From an uncultured cyanobacterium (GTDB lineage: Bacteria; Cyanobacteriota; Cyanobacteriia; CAKZMO01), in contig CAVRCJ010000003.1 of the NCBI GenBank assembly GCA_963719515.1, forward strand, positions 192,001 through 256,000: a DNA stretch of 64,000 nt, read 5' to 3'. This document shows, piece by piece, positions 1 to 10,229 of the stretch. The stretch's first letter is position 1, and every line of letters begins with the position of its first letter. The translations under genes and the position numbers were made by a program. The notes beneath the pieces are model-generated. The model saw only the letters and a program-made list of their open reading frames with translations. It was not told the DNA's origin and did no database searches.

Positions 1-1069
1 CAGCCAGGGTCTCTGTGGCAAAGACCACTTTGATCAGCCCCTGCTGAAATAGCTGCTCCACCAACCCTTTCCAGGCCGGCAAAACTCCGGCATGATGGGC
101 TGCAATGCCCCGGTAGAGGGCGTCCACCATATCGCTGTGACCGATGTCGGGGTTTTGCGCTAAAAATTCGTCAATTTGCCGCTTTAGCGACGCGGCTTCT
201 TCAAGTGATACCAGGGTCTGCTGCGCCATGCTGCCCACTGCCTTATCGCAGCCTCGACGGCTAAAAATAAAGTAGATAGCCGGCAGCATCTGCCGCTGAA
301 TCAGCTGCCCAACCACAAAAGCAATGGACGGCGGCTTTTGCTTCTCTCGCTGCTTGCGGCGCTGGCGTAGCCGGGGGTTGAGGCCCGTGCCCTTGTCGTT
401 GAGCAGCGGAAACAGCCCTTTTTCGTTGCAGTGGTAGTACTCCAGCGGCACCGGGCGGTAGTCAGAATAGATCAGCTCGGTGGGGCCGTGAACCTGAGAA
501 ATCCAGTCGGTGAGCTGCTCACTGTTGGCGACGGTGGCGGACAGCCCTACCAGCTGAATCTCCGGCGGCGCGTAGATAATTGACTCTTCCCACACCGTTC
601 CCCGCTGACGATCGTTCATGTAGTGGCACTCGTCTAGCACCACCGCCTCGACCGACTGCAGCGAGAGGCCCACCTGACCAATGGCGGTGCCGTAGAGCAT
701 GTTGCGAAATACCTCCGTGGTCATGACCACGATGGCGGCGTTGCGGTTGACCGACAGATCCCCGGTCAATAGGCCGACGTTCTCTTCGCCAAACTTTTCT
801 CTGAAGTCCCGTAGCTTTTGGTTCGACAGTGCTTTGAGGGGCGTAGTGTAAAACACCCGGTGGCGCCGCGCCAGAGCCCGGTAGATGGCGTATTCCCCCA
901 CCAGGGTTTTACCTGAGCCTGTGGGCGCACAGACCACCACAGACTTTCCCGCATCTAGGGCGGCGATCGCCTGCTTCTGAAACTCATCGAGCTGAAAAGG
1001 AAACAGCGTTTCTAGACTGGTTATGTCGGTGGTAGTCGTTTTTGAGGAGGCTGGGGGGGGAGTATTCAC
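1..1069 (-). CDS. helY: Ski2/HelY-like DEAD/DEAH-box RNA helicase (runs off the window start)
   Basis: Hand translation from GTG at 1069: ...LFPFQLDEFQKQAIAALDAGKSVVVCAPTGSGKT, YTTPLKALSNQK, MTTEVFRNMLY, VVLDECHYM, LSATVAN, FIFSRRGCD, HHAGVLP, VFATETL. Missing from the ORF track because the stop lies outside the window. Confidence 0.93.
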   Translation of the reverse strand, partial: MNTPPPASSKTTTTDITSLETLFPFQLDEFQKQAIAALDAGKSVVVCAPTGSGKTLVGEYAIYRALARRHRVFYTTPLKALSNQKLRDFREKFGEENVGLLTGDLSVNRNAAIVVMTTEVFRNMLYGTAIGQVGLSLQSVEAVVLDECHYMNDRQRGTVWEESIIYAPPEIQLVGLSATVANSEQLTDWISQVHGPTELIYSDYRPVPLEYYHCNEKGLFPLLNDKGTGLNPRLRQRRKQREKQKPPSIAFVVGQLIQRQMLPAIYFIFSRRGCDKAVGSMAQQTLVSLEEAASLKRQIDEFLAQNPDIGHSDMVDALYRGIAAHHAGVLPAWKGLVEQLFQQGLIKVVFATETLA

Positions 1070-1164
1070 GTGATGCTTGGAGTAAACCTGAGTGGAATAG
1101 TAGGGGCTTGTGAGGCTGCCATCTAACCTCTAACGGTGCCGCACGAGATTCAGCAGGACTGATC

Positions 1165-1225
1165 AGCGCAAGCGACTATAGCATAAGAAGATCGTAGCGC
1201 AAGGAACTATAGGGTACGAAACCAT
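1165..1225. repeat. Degenerate ~15-bp tandem repeat (AGCGCAAGxxACTAT-like, about 4 units)
   Basis: agcgcaagcgactat / agcataagaagatcgt / agcgcaaggaactat / agggtacgaaaccat in the helY-amidase intergenic region. Confidence 0.55.
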
Positions 1226-1248
1226 AACATTAAGTTGCAGGTCTACCG

Positions 1249-2052
1249 TCAGCTTAGCCCCAGCAGCGTCGACAGTCGCTGGGGCTCGAAGCTTCGAGGA
1301 TCCTGCTTGTGGCCTGATCGATCCACAGAGCGGTGGGTAGTGATCCGCTCTTGGGGCACAGGCAGCTGGGCAATTAGCCAGGCCAAAGAGCGATATTGGG
1401 CATCGGTATAACCGCTGTGGCGAGACTGATTGCCCCGTCCATCGCCTGGCGTTTCTAGAGAGGTATGGTAGGCAAAGTTGTTGACGGAGGGGGGAAACGC
1501 TGGATTCGTCTGGACCGCCTCTGGACCGTTAGGCCCGTCGAAGGTGGAGTTGCCCGCCCCAAAGGCCCGCATCTGAGGGTGCACGAGGTGCACGATTGTG
1601 CCGTCCCGCTTAATGAGGCTGTGGTAGCTGACCTGGTCTTGGTCTTGGGGGTGATAGGCCTGAAAAAGGTTGATGGCGCTGCTGGCAGACCCCACCGTTT
1701 CGTGAATGACCACGATCAATGGGTAAAGGGCCGGCTGACCGTAGACGTCGGTTTCGTAGCGCGAGCCATAGTTGCTGGGATCGGCTGGAATAATTTCTTC
1801 TCGCGGGGTATACGCGGCGGACGAAATGAGCAGGCGCCGCCCTGAGGCTTCCTTGGTCATGCTGCCGCGCCGATAGCGCCAGTCGAACTGCGCAGTGGAT
1901 ACTGGCGCTAAAACGCTGACGGCGGGCTGGGGCTGGGCATAGGTGCCGGGACCGTTGGGCAAGGCGATCGCCAGAGCCACGGCGGTAAATAGCGCTAGCC
2001 AGGCGGCTAGGCGCATTATTTTGAAGGGGGGCGGTGTAAATCTTGACAGCAT
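1249..2052 (-). CDS. N-acetylmuramoyl-L-alanine amidase (Amidase_2/PGRP family) with N-terminal signal or TM segment
   Basis: VVIHET, VSYH, SVNNFAYHTSLE, YTDAQYRSL, ITTH..VD..G.K.DP motifs; hydrophobic N-terminus; start uncertain. Confidence 0.88.
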   Translation of the reverse strand: MLSRFTPPPFKIMRLAAWLALFTAVALAIALPNGPGTYAQPQPAVSVLAPVSTAQFDWRYRRGSMTKEASGRRLLISSAAYTPREEIIPADPSNYGSRYETDVYGQPALYPLIVVIHETVGSASSAINLFQAYHPQDQDQVSYHSLIKRDGTIVHLVHPQMRAFGAGNSTFDGPNGPEAVQTNPAFPPSVNNFAYHTSLETPGDGRGNQSRHSGYTDAQYRSLAWLIAQLPVPQERITTHRSVDRSGHKQDPRSFEPQRLSTLLGLS

Positions 2053-2363
2053 GATGTTACCAATACGACGTTCGTTATACCTTTTACTCAATCGCCCATC
2101 AGGCTCAGTGTTCGCAAGAAAACTCGATAGCCAATCATAGGCCAAAACTATCGCAGAAAATAGGCCTTCTCTTTAAGACAAAAGCGGTTCAGGGTTTCCG
2201 AAAACTGTGAAGAGCTCTTCGGACGCAATTCTTGGTGGCTCATCAGAAACCCTATAAACTGGCAAAGCTTGATAGTTTATTCCCATAAGAGTCCAGTTAG
2301 GAGCGATCGCGGGCACAATCGTTTCTTTTGGAATAGAGAACGCTACCAGACGACGGATTACCT

Positions 2364-3086
2364 ATGGTTAAGCAACGCAAAGGGCATATCGCATTCATTG
2401 CTATCGACGATGGCAGCGCCATTTCGCAGCCGCCCCGTTCGGGCCCGAATTCACCGGGCGTCCCCATCGGCTATAGGCAGGCGGCTTGGCAACTGGCGGA
2501 ACAGGGGTGGCATGTGGATGTCTTTGCCCATCACTCTGAGCCATTCCAGGTCGACCATCCGCGCTACCGCGAGATCTTTCTGCCGATTACCCTCAAGGGT
2601 GACATAGATCGCGTTCTAGAGGCTTTAGACGTAGCGGCCCAGGCTTTCTTACGCTACCAAGAATCGCAGGGCGTTCTCTACCCGATCATTCACACCCACT
2701 GCTGGGCGTCAGCTTGGGTGGGGGCGCAAATCAAGCAGCGCCAGCTGCTGCGGCTTGTTCAAACCTATCAAGGACCAGCGTCTCTGGCAGACTGGCCCAG
2801 GCTCGATGGCTCTACTGAGGGGTCTCAATACCTCGACAGCGCCGACTGCCTGGTCACCACCGACCCCAGCCACCTCAGCCGCCCTGTACCGGGAAGCATG
2901 GACAGCGCCCACAAGCTGCGGCTGGTCAGCTCCACAGAGCCTGAGCTGTCGAGCGCCGCGCTGGCAGAGCAGCTCAATAGTATCTACCGAGAGCAGATTA
3001 ATCTGCTCTGCCGGCAGTTTTTCTTTACCTCCCCCGTCCCTTCGGAGACTCAGCCTACGCCTCCCCAAAGTTCGCTGATCGGTTAG
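2364..3086 (+). CDS. Short GT4-family (MshA/SPS-like) glycosyltransferase, N-terminal domain only
   Basis: HIAFI, QLAEQGWHVDVF, YPIIHTHCWASAWVG, ADCLVTT resemble the GT4 N-domain; no C-terminal nucleotide-sugar domain. Confidence 0.7.
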   Translation: MVKQRKGHIAFIAIDDGSAISQPPRSGPNSPGVPIGYRQAAWQLAEQGWHVDVFAHHSEPFQVDHPRYREIFLPITLKGDIDRVLEALDVAAQAFLRYQESQGVLYPIIHTHCWASAWVGAQIKQRQLLRLVQTYQGPASLADWPRLDGSTEGSQYLDSADCLVTTDPSHLSRPVPGSMDSAHKLRLVSSTEPELSSAALAEQLNSIYREQINLLCRQFFFTSPVPSETQPTPPQSSLIG

Positions 3087-3342
3087 CGGCAGGGTCTCGG
3101 GGACGCAACCTGCGGCGCTGCGGCGCAATCAATTTTATAAAGTAAAGCATTGCCCAAAACGCTGCCTAGAGCATGGCCCCGAGCACTGCAACGGACTGGC
3201 GCGGACTCATCTTTCCAAGCGAGCTGCACCCCAGCGGAATCGTCTCTCTAAAGCGGTACGGTGAGCCGGTAGGCAGACGCCTATAATCCAAACACCATAC
3301 TTGTACTGACTTTCATTTTAAGCAATGTCTTGACCTGAATCT

Positions 3343-5550
3343 ATGCCTCCTCCGACAATTCAAGATCCCCAATCATCACCTCAGGTGGTTCCTGCCGCAG
3401 AAACCGGACTCGGTACCTTTGGCGGGGTCTACACCCCCTCGATTCTGACCATTTTGGGGGTGATCATGTACCTCCGGTTTGGCTGGGTTGTCGGCAACGT
3501 GGGGCTGCTGGGCACCTTCTTGATCGTTACCTTGTCGGTGAGCATCACCCTGCTGACGGCCCTGTCCATCAGCGCGATCTCCACGGACCGGGTGGTGCGG
3601 GTGGGAGGGGCCTACTATATGATCAGCCGCTCACTAGGGATTGAAACCGGGGGGGCGGTCGGCATTCCCCTCTACTTTGCCCAGGCTCTGTCGGTGGCCC
3701 TCTACACCCTGGGCTTTGCCGAGAGCGTGGTCAGCGCCTTTGGCCGCTTCGACCAGACCTATGTGGCGCTGATTGTCACCATTGCGGTGGCGGGGCTAGC
3801 CCTGACGTCAGCCGAGCTGGCCATCAAGGCGCAGTATTTCATCATGGCGGCGATCGCCCTCTCCCTGCTCTCTTTGGCCTTCGGGTCTTCCCTAGAGCCC
3901 ACCCAAGTGGAGCTGTGGGGCACCTCGGGCGGGGAGCCATTTTGGGGGGTGTTTGCGGTCTTTTTCCCTGCCGTCACCGGCATCATGGCGGGGGTCAACA
4001 TGTCTGGCGACCTCAAAGAGCCGACTAAGTCGATTCCCAAAGGGACGCTGGCAGCCGTGTTGACGGGCTACGTCATCTACATGGTGCTCCCCTTCTTCCT
4101 GGCGACGCGGGCCGATGCTGCGACATTGGTTTCAGACCCGCTGATTATGCAGCGGATCGCTCTCTGGGGGCCGGCCATCCTGCTGGGGGTTTGGGGGGCG
4201 ACCCTCTCTAGCGCCCTGGGCAGCATCTTGGGCGCCCCCCGGATTCTGCAGGCGCTGGCGCGGGACGGCGTGCTGCCCAAGTGGCTTTCTTTTTTGGGCA
4301 AGGGCAGTGGCCCGGCGGATGAGCCCCGCATTGGCACAGCTGTCACCCTGGGCGTGGCGATCGCGGCGGTTTGTCTGGGGGATCTCAACCTGATTGCCCC
4401 GGTGCTGACGATGTTCTTTCTCACTACCTACCTGGTCCTCAACGTTTCGGCGGGCATCGAGCGCTTCTTGAACAGTCCGTCGTTCCGGCCGCTATTTTCG
4501 GTTCACTGGTCGCTGTCGGCTTTGGGTGCCATCGGCTGCCTGGCCGTGATGGTGTTGATCAACCCTTTGGCTACTGGCGTGGCCGGCGTGATTGTTCTGC
4601 TGATCTTTTTCTGGATTCAGCGGCGTGAGCTGAAGAGCACCTGGGGCGACGCCCGACGCGGCCTGTGGATGCTGCTGCTGCGGACCAGTCTGTTTCAGCT
4701 GGGACATCACTCCGACGCCAGAAACTGGCGGCCCAACATGCTGGTGTTGTCGGGGGCTCCCATGCGCCGCTGGGGGCTGATTGAGCTAGCCAACGCCCTC
4801 AACCACAACCGAGGCATCTTTACGGTCACCAGCATTCTGCCCACGGGCTCTCGGGACGTGAATCAGCAGGAGGACATGGAGCTGCGCATTAGCCAATACC
4901 TCAAGGACAGAGGCGTGCAGGCACTGGTGCGCGTGCTGACGGCCCCTGACCCATTTGAAGGGGCGGAGCGACTGGTGGAGATTTACGGCTTGGGGCCTTT
5001 GGTGCCCGACACGATTCTGCTGGGGGACAACGACAATTTGGAGAACCGCGATCGCTACTGCGAGCTGATTGCCCACCTGCACCAGGCGGAGCGCAACGTG
5101 ATTGTCTACAGCGATAAAGAGACCTCACCTGAGCAGTTCCGTCAGATTGACGTGTGGTGGGGGGGACTGCAGGCCAATGGGGCGCTGATGCTGATTATTG
5201 CCGAGCTGCTGCGGGACGATATTCAATGGCGTAACGCCCGCATTCACCTGAAGCTGGTGGTGCCTGACGACGAAGCGAAGGAGGCCGCTAAGGACAACAT
5301 GAAGGCCTTAATCGAGGAGCTCTACGTTGACGCTGTGCCCCATATTCTGGTAGCCAATGGCCGCGATTTTGGAGAGATTTTGCAAGAATCGTCCCGCAGT
5401 GCCGATCGGGTGCTGTTGGGTTTGGCTGACCCGACTGAGGAATTTCGCGAGCATTACGATGTGATGCAGGGGTGGATTGCTGAGCTGCCGTCAACGATTT
5501 TGGTGCTGGCCGCACCGAGCTTTGCGTTTGCGGATATTTTGGAGAAATAG
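3343..5550 (+). CDS. Cation-chloride cotransporter (SLC12/Na-K-Cl-like, APC superfamily)
   Basis: GTFGGVYTPSILTILGVIMYLRFGWVVG, GGAYYMISRSLG, FFPAVTGIMAG, RNWRP, and cytoplasmic IDVWW motif. Confidence 0.92.
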   Translation: MPPPTIQDPQSSPQVVPAAETGLGTFGGVYTPSILTILGVIMYLRFGWVVGNVGLLGTFLIVTLSVSITLLTALSISAISTDRVVRVGGAYYMISRSLGIETGGAVGIPLYFAQALSVALYTLGFAESVVSAFGRFDQTYVALIVTIAVAGLALTSAELAIKAQYFIMAAIALSLLSLAFGSSLEPTQVELWGTSGGEPFWGVFAVFFPAVTGIMAGVNMSGDLKEPTKSIPKGTLAAVLTGYVIYMVLPFFLATRADAATLVSDPLIMQRIALWGPAILLGVWGATLSSALGSILGAPRILQALARDGVLPKWLSFLGKGSGPADEPRIGTAVTLGVAIAAVCLGDLNLIAPVLTMFFLTTYLVLNVSAGIERFLNSPSFRPLFSVHWSLSALGAIGCLAVMVLINPLATGVAGVIVLLIFFWIQRRELKSTWGDARRGLWMLLLRTSLFQLGHHSDARNWRPNMLVLSGAPMRRWGLIELANALNHNRGIFTVTSILPTGSRDVNQQEDMELRISQYLKDRGVQALVRVLTAPDPFEGAERLVEIYGLGPLVPDTILLGDNDNLENRDRYCELIAHLHQAERNVIVYSDKETSPEQFRQIDVWWGGLQANGALMLIIAELLRDDIQWRNARIHLKLVVPDDEAKEAAKDNMKALIEELYVDAVPHILVANGRDFGEILQESSRSADRVLLGLADPTEEFREHYDVMQGWIAELPSTILVLAAPSFAFADILEK

Positions 5551-5563
5551 GGGGGCGATCGGT

Positions 5564-7243
5564 TCAATCATTTGCCGCCGCTTCAATTTTTCTGGGAGCT
5601 TCGATCCGCTTATCCGCTTGCTCGGCTTCGCTGGGGTCGCGGAAAGGCTTTAAGAGCGTCCACCCATTTACCTTGCCGGCAATTCGCGCTTTGCTCGCCC
5701 AAGGCTGCAGCGCCGCCTCATCCAGCAGCAAATACGCCCCGCGCCGCCACTGCCGCCGCAGGCGCTGATTGTCCGCCGAAATCACGCGGCGATCGCTGTA
5801 AAAATCCAGGGAGGGGCGATGGTGGGGGTGAGAGGTGAAAACTGCTGCATTGGGCGGCGTCTGGTTTTGCACCAGCGCCGCCACGGGTTTCACCGGGTAA
5901 TCCTCCGCCAGCTCCCACACCCACTGGTCCGACGAAACAAACAGCAGCAGCGACAGGAGCATGCCCCACACCAGCACCGGCACGGCCATGGGGTCTCGCT
6001 GGCCCAGCCGCCACAGAGCGGCGCTCAGGGTCAGCCCAATGCTGCCCAAGCTCAAGGTGAGTAGGGGGGACCCTCCGGAGGTAAAGAAATAAGCGCAGCC
6101 CGCCCAGGCCAGCAGCGCCAGCAGCCCTAGACCCAAGCTTAAAACTAAGCAGTAGCGGTCAGAGGGCCTGAGCTTGGCCGAGTCGCCCGCCAGCGTCTCC
6201 CACAGCCGCCGCAGCTCCACCCCCGCCAGCAGCGCGATCGCCGGGTAGAGGGGGTACACATACCAGGGCAGCTTGGTTCCCATGGCGGAAATGACGACAA
6301 AATAGCTCGCCGTCCACACCAGCAGCAGCTTGCCCCAGCTCAAATCCCGGTTGCGCCAAGCTGCCTGCAGCCCCAGCGGCACAAATAGCAGCCAGGGCCA
6401 GCTCGTTTCCAGCAGTTCCACCGCGTAGAACCAAGGCGGCCCCTGGTTCTGCTCCACCGCCGTCCACAGCCGCTCTAGGGACTGGTCAAATAGATGCACC
6501 GCCCAAAACTCGCCGCCGTAGCGCAGGCCCTGCAGCCCGTACCAGGCGATCGCCGGCAGCAGCCCCAGCAGTATCCCCGCCCAGGCATACCGCGACCGCA
6601 GCAGCCGGGGCGAGTCCCACAAAAGAAACGCCCCAGCGATCGCCCCCAGCAGCACCCCCAAAATCCCTTTCGTGAGCACCATCAGGCTCAGCCCCAGCCC
6701 CACTCCCAGTCCCCAGCGAGGATGGTGGCGCGATCGCAGCAGGCTCACCAGCGTCATCAGGAAAAAGCACGCTACCGCCCCATCCAGCATCGCCAGCCGC
6801 CCGTGGCGCACCACCGGTAGTGAGGCTAGATACACCAAAGCGCCCAGGAGCGCCGTACTGCGACCCGGCCACAGCTGGCGGCCTAGACAATACAGCAGCG
6901 GCACCGACAGGGCGCTCAGTCCGGCCCCCGGCAGCCGCGTCGTCCATTCACTGACGCCGAAGCTCCGGTAGCAGAGGGCGATGAGGCCGTGCATCAAGGG
7001 CGGCTTATTCAGATAGGGTTCGCCGTAGAGCGTGGGATAGGGCCATTGAGAGAGGGGAGCGCGGGACAGCTCGCGGGCGACCCCGGCAATCGTGCCCTCG
7101 TCCCAGTCCCGGAGGGGAAGGCCCAAGTTGACGGTCAACAGCAGCAGCGAGGCCACCGTCAACCCCAGTAGAACCAGCCGTTCTGAATGGTGGTCGATCC
7201 AGCCTGCCGTCTGCTGAACCAGGGCGTGCGGTGAGCGATTCAC
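5564..7243 (-). CDS. ArnT/GT39-family membrane glycosyltransferase
   Basis: LRDWDEG, YLNKPPL, RLAMLD, TKG, TKLPWY; many TM helices. Confidence 0.9.
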   Translation of the reverse strand: MNRSPHALVQQTAGWIDHHSERLVLLGLTVASLLLLTVNLGLPLRDWDEGTIAGVARELSRAPLSQWPYPTLYGEPYLNKPPLMHGLIALCYRSFGVSEWTTRLPGAGLSALSVPLLYCLGRQLWPGRSTALLGALVYLASLPVVRHGRLAMLDGAVACFFLMTLVSLLRSRHHPRWGLGVGLGLSLMVLTKGILGVLLGAIAGAFLLWDSPRLLRSRYAWAGILLGLLPAIAWYGLQGLRYGGEFWAVHLFDQSLERLWTAVEQNQGPPWFYAVELLETSWPWLLFVPLGLQAAWRNRDLSWGKLLLVWTASYFVVISAMGTKLPWYVYPLYPAIALLAGVELRRLWETLAGDSAKLRPSDRYCLVLSLGLGLLALLAWAGCAYFFTSGGSPLLTLSLGSIGLTLSAALWRLGQRDPMAVPVLVWGMLLSLLLFVSSDQWVWELAEDYPVKPVAALVQNQTPPNAAVFTSHPHHRPSLDFYSDRRVISADNQRLRRQWRRGAYLLLDEAALQPWASKARIAGKVNGWTLLKPFRDPSEAEQADKRIEAPRKIEAAAND

Positions 7244-8571
7244 GGCGTCTGGTTTGTCCCGTTGGCATCCGCCTGCAGACCTGTCTGCTCTGCAGCGTCA
7301 TAGACTGCGGAGCGGGACGCTTGAGCACGGGACCGGACACGAGACTGGGCGCGGGAAAACAGCCGGAAATAGAGCAGGCTAAAGATCTCTTTTAAGGGAA
7401 TTAGCGCGTAGGTCAGGGGGTTCACCGTGACGATAATTAGCCTCACGTCCCGCTTTGCCAAGGCAATCACCATCTTGGCCACCCAGGGCGCGCTCATAAC
7501 GCCGTATGGGTTGAGCTGACTCTTGAATGGACCCAGCACGATTTTGCGCACAATACAGGGGGCATCTAGCCGCCGTAGGGTGACCAGGTTGCCCAGCAGC
7601 CGCTTTGAGATTTCGTATAGCGGGCTGAGGGCGGGGGAGACTTCCGCCTCTGAAGTATTCACCCACAGCTCTTTCGTGGCGCGATCGCTCGGCCCGCTCA
7701 CGGTGGTAAAAAAGAGCTCTGCCAGCCGCCAGCTGGATAGGGCGTTCACCTCCAGCGAGTTTTGAATCGCCTCCGGGGTGCGATCGCCTTGGACATTGAT
7801 GCCGTGGTTCAAAATCAAAATATCGGTGCGCTGTAGGCAATCCCGCAGATTTTCTTCTTGTCCCACCGTCCAGGCCACTACCTCAGCCCGCTCGTGGGTA
7901 AATTCGGAAGAGGTCAGGGCAATGGGCCTAGCTCCCTGCTGCACCAGCTGGTCAATCAAGGCCTGCCCCAAGGTGCCAGAGGCTCCGGTGACCGCCACCG
8001 TCTTATTCTTCAGCGCCAGACTCGTGCCCAATAGCTTATCCATCAAGGTAAAGTGCCCCCCATAGTAGGCTGTGGTCTCGTCGAAGTGGTGCCGCCAGTG
8101 GTAAGCGCGGTTCACCCGCCAAACGTTGGGACGGGCGTCGAGCGCTCCGGGCTTGTGGGTGAGGTCACTTTCAATCAGCCAGCCCTGGGAGCGGGCGATC
8201 GCCCCGGCGAAAAAGCCAAAGGCGTACAGCACCCCCAGCCCTATGGCGTTGGCCTCTAACCCCGTGGCATAGCGCTGAACGGCCCACCACAGCAGCCCCC
8301 CTGCCGCCATCATAGCGATCGCTTCTGGGGCGTCGTTGTAGATCTGCGCTTTGCGGTAGGTGTTGAGGTTGATGATGCTGAAGTCTTTGCGGTAAAGCTG
8401 GTGGTGCAGCTTATGCAGTCGCAGCAGGGGAGGCCAATAGTGACTGACGACGTGGTAGACGTCTCGGACGAGCTCGACGAAAACGACAGAGCCCAGCCCG
8501 AGCCCGATAGCCCCAATCAGCGACGGGTCTATCAGACCTAATGTGGCCTGGAGTAACAGTTCCCTGCTCAT
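7240..8571 (-). CDS. Bifunctional sterol desaturase / short-chain dehydrogenase
   Basis: His boxes YHVVSH, HKLHH, HWRHH; TGASGTLG Rossmann motif; WVNTSEAE..PALSPLYEISK; 4-bp overlap with the downstream gene. Confidence 0.9.
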   Translation of the reverse strand: MSRELLLQATLGLIDPSLIGAIGLGLGSVVFVELVRDVYHVVSHYWPPLLRLHKLHHQLYRKDFSIINLNTYRKAQIYNDAPEAIAMMAAGGLLWWAVQRYATGLEANAIGLGVLYAFGFFAGAIARSQGWLIESDLTHKPGALDARPNVWRVNRAYHWRHHFDETTAYYGGHFTLMDKLLGTSLALKNKTVAVTGASGTLGQALIDQLVQQGARPIALTSSEFTHERAEVVAWTVGQEENLRDCLQRTDILILNHGINVQGDRTPEAIQNSLEVNALSSWRLAELFFTTVSGPSDRATKELWVNTSEAEVSPALSPLYEISKRLLGNLVTLRRLDAPCIVRKIVLGPFKSQLNPYGVMSAPWVAKMVIALAKRDVRLIIVTVNPLTYALIPLKEIFSLLYFRLFSRAQSRVRSRAQASRSAVYDAAEQTGLQADANGTNQTP

Positions 8572-8708
8572 AAAGTAGTGATCCGGTAATCGTAGTTTGA
8601 CGATGCGTTGATAAAAAGGGGCGACGCGCAAGCAACACCCATTAAATTTTGTACACAATCCGTTGGATTGCACCAGGTTTCTTAACGGTCGTTTCTGCTC
8701 GCTGACGC

Positions 8709-8744
8709 AAAAAATTGCGCTCCAGCCCTCAGGCCAGAGCGCAA
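8709..8744 (-). terminator. Rho-independent terminator for the CAP-domain gene
   Basis: Minus strand reads TTGCGCTCTGGCC-TGAG-GGCTGGAGCGCAA followed by TTTTTT. Confidence 0.7.
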
Positions 8745-8885
8745 CTCATAGCAAAAGCAATGTGGCCAAAGCTAGAATACAAGCCGCGCTAACGCGATAG
8801 TCTTTTGGTGCTTCAGCGGTAGCCCCTTCACCGGCTTAAAGCGAGCCAGCCTTAACTGAGGCTTGAATCTCGGCGTTCTGACCGG

Positions 8886-9962
8886 TTAGCCCACGAAGCT
8901 GACAGCATCGCTGCTGAGGTTCAGGTCACCGCCATCTCTCACGACCGCCACCAGTTCAGCGCTGTCCCCTTCCGACAGGAAGATCCCAACGGTCTCGGTA
9001 CGAGACATCGACCCCAGGCGGTAGTCCTCCGCATCGCCGTGAAGCTGGATCACATCGCCAGCCGCCGCGTCAAAGTCGCGGATTACGGCGCGATCGCGGC
9101 GTCCCAGGCTGCCAGCGTCACCGTCGTTGTAGTAGGCCCCGCTCTCGTCGCCCAGTACAAAAATATCGGCGTCATCGCCGCCGCGCATGACGTCGCGCTC
9201 GCCCCGGCCCGCCGTCTCCAGGTCAACGCCGATCAGAAGATCGCTGCCTTGATTTCCCTTGAGCACGTCTGAGCCTCGACCGCCCATCAAGATGTCGTCT
9301 CCAGCTTCTCCTCTGAGAGCGTCGCTGCCTTCAAAGCCTTGAATCAGCTCATTGAGCGCTGTCCCCCGCAGGCGATCTTGACCATCGGTGCCCCTGATTA
9401 CCGTCAGTTCAGCGACAGAGGGCTGATCTAGAGGAGACTCAGGCCCAGCTTCGGGCATCGGCTCGGACGTCGGAGCTGGTGCTGGCTCGGATTTAGGCTC
9501 AGGCTTGGGCTCGGGCTTGGACTCAGACCCCGCCACATTGCTCTCAGGGTTGAGGTCGCCGCTGCCAAACACCTGCGTCCAGTAGCGCTGATAATTGACG
9601 CTGCCGGTGTCGTTTTCTAGCAGGTGGTAGCCAACACCAAGCTCGGTAAAACTCTCGTTGAGCAGGTTGGCTCGGTGCCCCGGGCTGTCGATCCAGCCCT
9701 GCACCACCTGCTCAGGGGTGCGGTAGCCCGCCGCAATATTCTCGCCCATGCTTCTGGCTTCGTAGCCGAAGGTCTCGGCCCGGTCCCAGGGCTTAGAGCC
9801 GTCCTGGCCGGTGTGGTCGAAGTAATCTTGATCTGCCATGTCTTTAGAATGGGCGGTCGCGGTGGCGTCAAGCTCGTCGTTGGCTACCAGCGGATTCAGT
9901 CCATTTTTAGCCCGAAATTCGTTTGTCAAGCGCAGAACTTCGGCAGTAAATTGAGTTTCCAT
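8886..9962 (-). CDS. CAP (SCP) domain protein with Pro/Glu linker and RTX-like Ca-binding repeats
   Basis: LTNEFR, HSKDMA..YFDH, GENIAAG, WIDSPGHRANLL, YWTQVFG; GGxGxD nonapeptides. Confidence 0.9.
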   Translation of the reverse strand: METQFTAEVLRLTNEFRAKNGLNPLVANDELDATATAHSKDMADQDYFDHTGQDGSKPWDRAETFGYEARSMGENIAAGYRTPEQVVQGWIDSPGHRANLLNESFTELGVGYHLLENDTGSVNYQRYWTQVFGSGDLNPESNVAGSESKPEPKPEPKSEPAPAPTSEPMPEAGPESPLDQPSVAELTVIRGTDGQDRLRGTALNELIQGFEGSDALRGEAGDDILMGGRGSDVLKGNQGSDLLIGVDLETAGRGERDVMRGGDDADIFVLGDESGAYYNDGDAGSLGRRDRAVIRDFDAAAGDVIQLHGDAEDYRLGSMSRTETVGIFLSEGDSAELVAVVRDGGDLNLSSDAVSFVG

Positions 9963-10229
9963 AGGGGTTGTATGACTTGGTTTACCGTAGGCCGTTGCTA
10001 AACCATGGGAGGTTTTGACGGCTGTGGTAGAGCCCTGCTGCACCCTGACGGTGGGTCAGGGTGATCTTGTTATTCAACCTAGTACTCGTGGATGCGCTGC
10101 GCAGCGATCGCCTTCGCAATTGTAGTCCTTGAGACGGTTTTGTCCGGACAAGGTTCCAGAGCGCCTCGAGGCAGGGGCTTTCCCAATCTAGGCGAGTATC
10201 ATATGAGAGGTCTTGTATCACCATGGGGA

